This document shows, piece by piece, positions 58,009 to 64,000 of a stretch of DNA of 64,000 nucleotides. Each line of letters starts with the position of its first letter. The first letter of the stretch is position 1. A model generated the notes under the pieces. The model saw only the letters and a program-made list of their open reading frames with translations, did not search any database and was not told the DNA's origin. This DNA comes from an uncultured Candidatus Saccharibacteria bacterium (GTDB lineage: Bacteria > Patescibacteriota > Minisyncoccia > Phycocordibacterales > Phycocordibacteraceae). Position numbers and translations under genes: made by a program. The DNA lies in the NCBI GenBank assembly GCA_964402535.1, contig CAYOCH010000001.1, forward strand, positions 8,286 through 72,285, read 5' to 3'.

Positions 58009-58838
58009 CTACTGAAGATGTATGGATCAAGATAGGCTTCATATTCGCTCTTGCGGTCTGCTGTGCTGGAATGCTCGTCGTGACGATGTTCCTACGTAGC
58101 GGCGGGGCACACGCCGGCAAGATGGCACGCAAGCAAGCCAATGAAGATGCGATGCGCGACCAGAAACCGCGTACTGAGCCTGAGCCAACGACAAGGCAGA
58201 AAAAGAGGTACGAGTGGTTCAAATGGATCACTTCGTACTTCCCGATTCTCGCCCTCGCAGTCGCTACAACATTCCTCGCGTACTACTGGCTGACGGCTGA
58301 TTCGCCATCAATTAACGCAGTATGGACGGCAGTCAGGAGAAATGGTCTCTGGATAATTCTCGGGCTCTCTGTCTTATGGCTCACGCCTATTTTTCTTCCA
58401 GCAGAAGAGGACGAGAAGAGCGAAAAGCGCCGAAAGGAACGCGCTAGCGAGGCACGAAACATCGCGTACGGACTCGCAGCTGCAATGTTCATCGTCCTGC
58501 CGATCGTGAACTTCTTCTGGGGTGAGACGTCAGCGGCGGCGAAGTCGGAGGCGCAATTGCCCTCGGCGAAGCTGCCCTTGGCGAGCGAGCCGCAGTCTAA
58601 GTGGCCGAAGCTGGCCATCCCTGCCGGAGGGGAGTCCGAGAGGATCCCCCTCCCCGTCGGCGGCATGCACGTGTCGGTCGCCGGCTGGAACATCAAGGTG
58701 CACAACGTCTTCAGCAATGGGACGGAATGCATCTCCGGTGCGGCTGGGTGCGGAGACGGGGACATCGTCTCTGTCTATGTGACCTCCGACTCAAGAGAGC
58801 CGATGGTAGTCGCATACGCATACGAACCCAAGAAGTGA
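58005..58838 (+). CDS. NfeD-like membrane protein (partner of SPFH protein)
   Basis: ATGA start/stop overlap with the SPFH gene; multi-TM N-terminus and C-terminal beta-rich domain (GGMHVSVAGWNIKVHNV...DIVSVYVT), as in NfeD OB-fold. Confidence 0.5.
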   Translation: MTTEDVWIKIGFIFALAVCCAGMLVVTMFLRSGGAHAGKMARKQANEDAMRDQKPRTEPEPTTRQKKRYEWFKWITSYFPILALAVATTFLAYYWLTADSPSINAVWTAVRRNGLWIILGLSVLWLTPIFLPAEEDEKSEKRRKERASEARNIAYGLAAAMFIVLPIVNFFWGETSAAAKSEAQLPSAKLPLASEPQSKWPKLAIPAGGESERIPLPVGGMHVSVAGWNIKVHNVFSNGTECISGAAGCGDGDIVSVYVTSDSREPMVVAYAYEPKK

Positions 58839-58853
58839 GTTAGCAGCACCTTG

Positions 58854-58896
58854 CAAAAAAAGGCCGCACGGATATTCCGGCGGCCTTTTTTCTTTT
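58854..58896. terminator. Bidirectional intrinsic terminator (A7-GGCCGCACGG-ATATT-CCGGCGGCC-T6CT4)
   Basis: GC hairpin with A-run upstream and T-run downstream between convergent NfeD-like gene and first pilin-like gene. Confidence 0.8.
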
Positions 58897-58904
58897 GCCT
58901 ACCC

Positions 58905-59189
58905 TTATGGCACCTGCGCAGACGTCGTTTGCTGATTGATCTTGTCGAGGTTGAAGGTGCCGAGCGCGATGTTGATGATCCCGTATGCGCCGAAGATGAT
59001 CACGAGACCGACGAGCCCCCACATGATCGCGCTCCTGCCCTCTTTGCGCTTCGTCTCGTCGCCCGCGTGTGCGATGAACTCGAACACGCCCCAGATGAAG
59101 ACGACGAACGCGCTCGCTGCGAGGAGCAGGATGACCGGATTGACGATCTGCGCGACGACCTTATCGAGAAAGTCGTTGAGCGCGGCCAT
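58905..59189 (-). CDS. Two-TM pilin-like small protein, paralog 1
   Basis: 94 aa; TM1-AGDETKRKEGRS-IMWGLVGLVIIFGAYGIINI; family motif G[DN][EP]xxKxxEG...LWGL[VI]G. Confidence 0.65.
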   Translation of the reverse strand: MAALNDFLDKVVAQIVNPVILLLAASAFVVFIWGVFEFIAHAGDETKRKEGRSAIMWGLVGLVIIFGAYGIINIALGTFNLDKINQQTTSAQVP

Positions 59190-59192
59190 CTG

Positions 59193-59570
59193 TTACTGGC
59201 CGACCTGGACGCCCGCCTTCGGCGTGCCGCCCGTGACGCCGGAGTTGTTGCCGAAGGTCACCGTGCCCGTGAGGATGTTGACCAGGCCCCAGATCGAGAC
59301 CATGACGAAGAAGCCGATCAAGCCCCAGAGCATGAGCCCCTTGCCCTTCTCCTTCACGTCTTCGTTGCCGGCGCCGATGATGAACGTCTCGAACACGCCG
59401 TAGAGGAAGACGATGAACGCGATCGCGAAGAGCACCGGCACGATGATGTTGTTGATCGTGTTGATGATGAACGTGCCGACGTCAGAGACGTTATTGATTG
59501 CGGCCATGGAGACCAAGGGCAGTGCGAGTGCTGCGACCGTTCCGGTAGTAAGGGCGAGGGCTTTTTTCAT
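59193..59570 (-). CDS. Two-TM pilin-like small protein, paralog 2 (with signal peptide)
   Basis: 125 aa; GAGNEDVKEKGKGLMLWGLIGFFVMVSIWGLVNIL. Confidence 0.65.
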   Translation of the reverse strand: MKKALALTTGTVAALALPLVSMAAINNVSDVGTFIINTINNIIVPVLFAIAFIVFLYGVFETFIIGAGNEDVKEKGKGLMLWGLIGFFVMVSIWGLVNILTGTVTFGNNSGVTGGTPKAGVQVGQ

Positions 59571-59651
59571 AGGTTAGATAAATGAGTAACGGATTAATTG
59601 TAGCGCCCGAGAGGGGCGGGTCAATACGGCTGGTGGATGCGTGTGGATAGC

Positions 59652-60218
59652 CTAAATGCCAGAACCGGTGCTCACGGAACACTGCGCAACGTCAGACACG
59701 ACGCTACCGTCAGGACAATACACATTGTTTGTGACAGGTGCACTCGCACTGGTTTGAGATGCCCCAGTAGGCAACGTCGCACTGGTTTGTGTAGGTGGCG
59801 GAGGCGGGATCGAGGCGCCAGAACCGGTCTGCGACGCGGATTTGCCGATCGTCGGGAAGTCCGGCGCGTTGCCGCCAGGCCGCAGACCGAGCGTGGACAT
59901 GAAGAGGTTCACGAGCCCCCAGAGTGAGAGGATGACCACGAAGCCGATCACGCCCCAGAGCGTGAACTGACGTCCTGTCGAGCGGCTCGTTTCGTCATCT
60001 GCTCCCTTGATGAAGTAATTGTAGACACCCCAGATAAAGACGATGAAGGCGATCGCCATCACTACTGGCACCAAGACGAAGTTGATGAAGTAGATGATCT
60101 GGTCGGTGTAGGGCTTCTTGATCGCGTCGATGTTGATGCCTTGCTGCGCTGCTGCGGCAAACGGCAGAGCGAACGCTGCTGCAAGCGATGAGAGGCGGAG
60201 GAGTCTTTTCATGGTCAA
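59652..60218 (-). CDS. Two-TM pilin-like small protein, paralog 3 (Pro/Thr/Ser-rich C-terminal tail)
   Basis: 188 aa; KGADDETSRSTGRQFTLWGVIGFVVILSLWGLVNLF; tail IPPPPPTQTSATLPTGASQTSAS. Confidence 0.65.
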   Translation of the reverse strand: MTMKRLLRLSSLAAAFALPFAAAAQQGINIDAIKKPYTDQIIYFINFVLVPVVMAIAFIVFIWGVYNYFIKGADDETSRSTGRQFTLWGVIGFVVILSLWGLVNLFMSTLGLRPGGNAPDFPTIGKSASQTGSGASIPPPPPTQTSATLPTGASQTSASAPVTNNVYCPDGSVVSDVAQCSVSTGSGI

Positions 60219-60225
60219 GATCAGA

Positions 60226-60693
60226 TTAGTAGTTCGGCGGCTGGATGTACGGCTGCGTCTGCCCTGTCCCCGTGGTCGGAGGTGGCGGTGGCGGCGTGCT
60301 CTGTCCGCTGCTGCCCGAAGGATTACCGGTACCGTAGACCGGAGCGACTGCCGGACCGAAGGGCGAGATCGAGGTCGGCGTCGGCGGCGCGTAGTAACCC
60401 GCGAGACCGAAGGTGTTCGCCACGACGTTCACGAGCCCCCAGATCGAGACCATGACTGCAAAGGCCACGAGCCCCCAGAGGATCAGGTGATGACCCTCCT
60501 TGACCTTTTCCGGATCACCGTAGGAGAAGATGTATGAGCGCGCGATCCCGTAGAGGAAGACGATGAACGCGACCGCGAAGAGGACAGGGACCAAGACCGA
60601 GTTTATGATATACAGGATATTCTGTGCCACGAGACAGATCGTATTCGCACAATAGTTCCCCACCGTAACGCCGAGGCCGAATGAGATATTCAT
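60226..60693 (-). CDS. Two-TM pilin-like small protein, paralog 4 (poly-Pro tail)
   Basis: 155 aa; YGDPEKVKEGHHLILWGLVAFAVMVSIWGLVNVV; tail STPPPPPPTTGTGQTQPYIQPPNY. Confidence 0.65.
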   Translation of the reverse strand: MNISFGLGVTVGNYCANTICLVAQNILYIINSVLVPVLFAVAFIVFLYGIARSYIFSYGDPEKVKEGHHLILWGLVAFAVMVSIWGLVNVVANTFGLAGYYAPPTPTSISPFGPAVAPVYGTGNPSGSSGQSTPPPPPPTTGTGQTQPYIQPPNY

Positions 60694-60714
60694 ATGAATG
60701 CAGTATATAGCCGA

Positions 60715-61029
60715 CTATGCCTGGGGGGCGATGCCGAGCGTGGATAACATGATGTTCACGAATCCCCAGACGGAGAAGAGGACGATGAGCCCGATGATGC
60801 CCCAGAACATGAACTTGCGCCCCTCCTCTCGCTTGGTCTCGTCTCCGCCGTGGATGAACAGATAGTCGACGGCGCCCCAGACGAACGCCGCGAACGCGAG
60901 CGCGAAGATGACCGGGATGACGACAAGGTTGAAGAGGCCGATAATGCCGCTCGAGCCGCTCCCGACATATTGTGCGAAGGTCATGCTAGCCGCCGAGCGC
61001 CTGGACGGTCGCCTGGATCGCCATCGCAA
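60715..61029 (-). CDS. Two-TM pilin-like small protein, paralog 5
   Basis: 104 aa; HGGDETKREEGRKFMFWGIIGLIVLFSVWGFVNIM. Confidence 0.65.
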   Translation of the reverse strand: MRWRSRRPSRRSAASMTFAQYVGSGSSGIIGLFNLVVIPVIFALAFAAFVWGAVDYLFIHGGDETKREEGRKFMFWGIIGLIVLFSVWGFVNIMLSTLGIAPQA

Positions 61030-61480
61030 TCGCCTGCGCGCCGAGGAGGACGAGCGCGCCGATGACTGTCCACAGGAGCATCGTGCGCGCCTCCGTGATC
61101 TTGCCTGGCTCGCCCTGCGCGGTCACGAACTTGAAGCCGACATAGACGACCATCAGGATCACGACGATCGTGCCGATGCGGATGATGAACTTGAGGATCT
61201 CGCCCAAGAACCCTTCGAGACTGTCGCCGCTCGTCAAGGGGTTCGTGAGAGTGACGCTCGAACCCTGTCCGGTCACCCTGTCACCCGAGTTCGTCACCGG
61301 AGCGGTCACGGAGGAGTCCCCCGAATTGACGACCGCCGCACAGACTTCTCCACCCGCATCGACGCACTGATTCGGATTCAATGTCCCTGGCGTGCAGTTC
61401 GTCGGGCACGTGAGCGCACGAGCGCTTGGTGCGACGACAAAGAGGGAGAGGACGAATGCGGCGACGATGAGAGTACGCAT
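60986..61480 (-). CDS. Two-TM pilin-like small protein, paralog 6 (Cys-containing N-terminal extension after signal peptide)
   Basis: 164 aa; QGEPGKITEARTMLLWTVIGALVLLGAQAIAMAI; N-terminal CPTNCTPGTLNPNQC...EVC. Confidence 0.55.
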   Translation of the reverse strand: MRTLIVAAFVLSLFVVAPSARALTCPTNCTPGTLNPNQCVDAGGEVCAAVVNSGDSSVTAPVTNSGDRVTGQGSSVTLTNPLTSGDSLEGFLGEILKFIIRIGTIVVILMVVYVGFKFVTAQGEPGKITEARTMLLWTVIGALVLLGAQAIAMAIQATVQALGG

Positions 61481-61481
61481 G

Positions 61482-62777
61482 TTATGGCTGTAAGAGTGCG
61501 GTGAGCGACCGCTCGGCTCCCGCGAGCGCGGCTTGCAGGTTCAAGCGGCCGCTGATCACATTCCCAATCATAGCCGAGAAGACAGCGTCGGTGTCTGCAG
61601 GCGCTGGGGATAGCCAGCCCTTCGCATAGAGCGCTTCAGAATAGGCGACGGCTGCCGTCGCGTCTGCGGGCGCCTGCGAGAGCTGCGAGAGAGAGGCCGG
61701 CGCAAGGCCGGTATTCGCGGCCGCAGTGGCCTGCGCCGCAGAGTTCGTGAGGTTGGCGGCCGCCTGGTAGGCGCCTGCAGAGTTCCTGGCTCCGCGCGGG
61801 AACATGAATGCATAGACAAGCCCGTATGTGCTCTTCCCATTCGCGGTCGCCGGCTGCGGCACCGGTACCATGTCCATATCGAGGTTCGGGTTGGCCGCGC
61901 GGATAAAGCGCGCCTCAGAGGCGTAGCCGAGGTAGAGCGCAAGGTCGCCCGAGAGGAACGCCTGCTGCGAGTCCGGCAGGGACGCATTCCACGTGTACGA
62001 GACCTTCGATGGATCAGTGAACTGGGTATAGAAGCCGACAACGGCCTGCCCTGCCTGCCCATCTGCCGAGCCGAGATTCGCGACCGGCACGCCCGCGGCC
62101 GAGTAGCCGGCCACCCCGACGCCGGTCTGGATAAAGAGCGTCGAGAGGATGCCGCGCGCGTCGTGCACATTGTCGTAGGTACCGAGCGCGATCAGCCCGC
62201 GCGAGACCTGGCGCGAGGCGGTGAGCTTGGCCGTGCGCGGCACGAGCCCCACCAAGGCCTCCCAGGTCGCGGGTGGCTGCGCGATCCCGCTCGACGAGAG
62301 GATTGCGCGGTTGGTGAAGAGTGCGATCGGGTCGATCAAGAACGGCACGCCGTAGTAGCCCTGGTTGCCAGGCGCGGCGAAGATATTCCCCCCTTCGACG
62401 AACGCGCTCTGAAAGGTGCGCGCCGAGAGGGTCGCAAGCGGGATCGGCGTGAGGAATTTGGCGAGCGGCTTCAAGAGCTCCTGCGAGGCGAGAATCGCGT
62501 CTGGCGCTGCGCCGGTCGCGATCGCCGAGGCGAGGTCAGAGGCGAGCGTCGCAGGGTCCTTCTGCACATAGGTGACCGCCTTCATCGTCTGATCAGTCTG
62601 CTGCGCAGCGTTCAGGGTCGCGGTCATCGCCGTGCCGGGGAGCGTGCCCCAGATAAGGACGGTGCCGACGGCGTTCGTCGAGCCCTTGTTAGAGTAGGTC
62701 GCAAAGGTGAAGAGGCCGATCACCGCAGCGAAGGCGAATACGCCGAAGAGGATGGTCTGGAAGAGGGATAATTTCAT
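61482..62777 (-). CDS. Membrane-anchored extracellular solute-binding-like protein
   Basis: 431 aa; N-terminal TM then periplasmic-binding-protein-like alpha/beta sequence; 2 nt upstream of the pilin array on the same strand. Confidence 0.45.
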   Translation of the reverse strand: MKLSLFQTILFGVFAFAAVIGLFTFATYSNKGSTNAVGTVLIWGTLPGTAMTATLNAAQQTDQTMKAVTYVQKDPATLASDLASAIATGAAPDAILASQELLKPLAKFLTPIPLATLSARTFQSAFVEGGNIFAAPGNQGYYGVPFLIDPIALFTNRAILSSSGIAQPPATWEALVGLVPRTAKLTASRQVSRGLIALGTYDNVHDARGILSTLFIQTGVGVAGYSAAGVPVANLGSADGQAGQAVVGFYTQFTDPSKVSYTWNASLPDSQQAFLSGDLALYLGYASEARFIRAANPNLDMDMVPVPQPATANGKSTYGLVYAFMFPRGARNSAGAYQAAANLTNSAAQATAAANTGLAPASLSQLSQAPADATAAVAYSEALYAKGWLSPAPADTDAVFSAMIGNVISGRLNLQAALAGAERSLTALLQP

Positions 62778-63362
62778 TTAGGGTGCTGTGAAGATAATAC
62801 CGTAGTGATGCGGCCCGGCGCGGAACGACTTCTGCTTGTGGAAGCCGCCATTGATGAAAAAGGCCTCGGCGTCGCGCTCGGTCACCACCTTCTCAGGCGT
62901 GGGGCCCATGCCGCCGTAGCTCCCTGCCCAATCAACCACCATGAGCTTGCCGCCCTGCTTCAAGACGCGCTTGATCTCGTTCAAGAGCCCGTAGCGGTTC
63001 TCGACTTGGAAGAAGGTGTTCGCGAGCAGCACCGCGTCGAGCGAGGCGTCGCGCAGGTGCGAGCCGCCCGGCTTCTCGATGTCGCCCCAGATCGCGTCGA
63101 TCGTGTTCACGTGGTGCGCGTGGGTGTTGTGCTTCAAGTGCTTCAAGACGTCCTCTTGAATATCGACCGCATAGACACGCCCGTCACGCCCGACCACCGC
63201 TGCTGCTGCGCGAGAATAATGACCCGAGCCGGCGCCGAAGTCGCCGACCCGCATCCCCTCGCGCAGCCCGATCTGGAGCACGTTCTCGTGCGGAGAACTG
63301 AAATGCGCGCTCATGTCATAAAAATACCACGTGTCATCCGCTACCGAACGCGCAATCAACAC
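62778..63362 (-). CDS. Class I SAM-dependent methyltransferase
   Basis: Motif I VGDFGAGSGHYS, motif II DAVLLANTF; true start may be MSAHFSS at about 63314. Confidence 0.7.
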   Translation of the reverse strand: MLIARSVADDTWYFYDMSAHFSSPHENVLQIGLREGMRVGDFGAGSGHYSRAAAAVVGRDGRVYAVDIQEDVLKHLKHNTHAHHVNTIDAIWGDIEKPGGSHLRDASLDAVLLANTFFQVENRYGLLNEIKRVLKQGGKLMVVDWAGSYGGMGPTPEKVVTERDAEAFFINGGFHKQKSFRAGPHHYGIIFTAP

Positions 63363-63426
63363 TCGTTATCCGTATCTTCTCGATAGTCGACAATCCACTA
63401 ATTATAACGGCCGTTAGAATTAGTGG

Positions 63427-63942
63427 TTAATCCTCGATCGGTAGACCGAAATGCTGACGGAGCGGTTTGTCGTATTCAATCTTCTCAACGATCGCATACA
63501 ACACATCCTTCCCGACCCGCAGCTCAGATTTCAACAACGTAACGAACTCCTCGCAATCATACGGGAATGCCCACACGCTGGCCTGTAACTTTACGAATCC
63601 AACGTCACGCATTAGGTCGCGCAGACGAAATCGGACGGACTTGCGTCTCTCGGGGATATCAAAAATGACGAGCCGCCATCTCTTGTCCCATTTCCGCTTC
63701 TTTATCAATTGCGCTTTCTCCTTCTCGAACAGGAGCGCCGTGCGACCCTTGTCCGTGATGCGCAGAAACGTCTTGCCGTCTTCCTTAACCCATTCCGCTA
63801 ACCCTTTATAAACAAGCTTGCCTGCAGCAGTCTTCGCGTAATAGCGGAAACGGTTCAGGTCCTTCGGCTTCCCGAGCAGTTGAATCGCATTTCCAGCAAG
63901 CGCTCCGACCGTCACGATCGTGGCGAGGCCGAGCGTTATCAA
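63427..63942 (-). CDS. Hypothetical protein with Cas2-like/PaaX-like C-terminal segment
   Basis: 171 aa; WRLVIFDIPERRKSVRFRLRDLMRDVGFVKLQASVWAFPYD resembles the Cas2 core; about 50% GC; no CRISPR array nearby. Confidence 0.35.
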   Translation of the reverse strand: MITLGLATIVTVGALAGNAIQLLGKPKDLNRFRYYAKTAAGKLVYKGLAEWVKEDGKTFLRITDKGRTALLFEKEKAQLIKKRKWDKRWRLVIFDIPERRKSVRFRLRDLMRDVGFVKLQASVWAFPYDCEEFVTLLKSELRVGKDVLYAIVEKIEYDKPLRQHFGLPIED

Positions 63943-64000
63943 GAGTGCTCGTTGAATATCGCCGCGTCGCCGAGCAGATCTCGCTTCTTGTTCCAGCTTA

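Noticed and set aside
63100-63125. parS-like sequence GTGTTCACGTGGTGCG inside the methyltransferase gene
   Set aside because: Only a partial match to TGTTNCACGTGAAACA, with one half-site missing, and it is located inside a CDS far from parB. Likely chance.

Overview
High-GC (~64%) bacterial chromosome segment, mostly housekeeping genes on the minus strand. The reduced sizes of several core proteins (IF-2 489 aa, DnaX 354 aa, UvrC 415 aa) and the general absence of Shine-Dalgarno sequences suggest a small-genome lineage, possibly CPR/Patescibacteria-like (low confidence).

Content, in order:
- Complete F0F1 ATP synthase operon, minus strand (atpB-E-F-H-A, with the start of atpG).
- Twelve tRNA genes in several clusters.
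- uvrC-uvrA-[low-GC insert]-uvrB nucleotide excision repair block, then tgt and an FKBP gene.
- A two-gene operon of a FtsK/TraD/VirD4-like ATPase (934 aa) and a 784-aa membrane protein.
- dnaX, a dihydrouridine synthase, serS, dprA, topA, a RelA/SpoT enzyme, parB, miaA, rpmG, clpB, infB-rbfA, murI.
- A free-standing LAGLIDADG homing endonuclease between tRNA genes.
- An SPFH/NfeD pair.
- A tandem array of six paralogous two-TM pilin-like small proteins (58.9-61.5 kb), with a seventh fused paralog at 46.8-47.8 kb.

Most unusual signals:
1. Perfect or near-perfect 40-56 bp palindromes sitting in frame inside conserved genes: tgt, the dihydrouridine synthase gene and topA.
2. A 15-bp self-complementary duplex spanning the atpA stop codon, just upstream of the atpG start.
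3. Candidate non-coding RNAs with a consensus promoter and an intrinsic terminator: one directly upstream of dnaX and one beside rpmG.
4. Several low-GC islands: a secreted protein between uvrA and uvrB, the homing endonuclease, a deoxyribosyltransferase/CYTH pair, and a Cas2-like gene.

No rRNA genes and no CRISPR array were seen.
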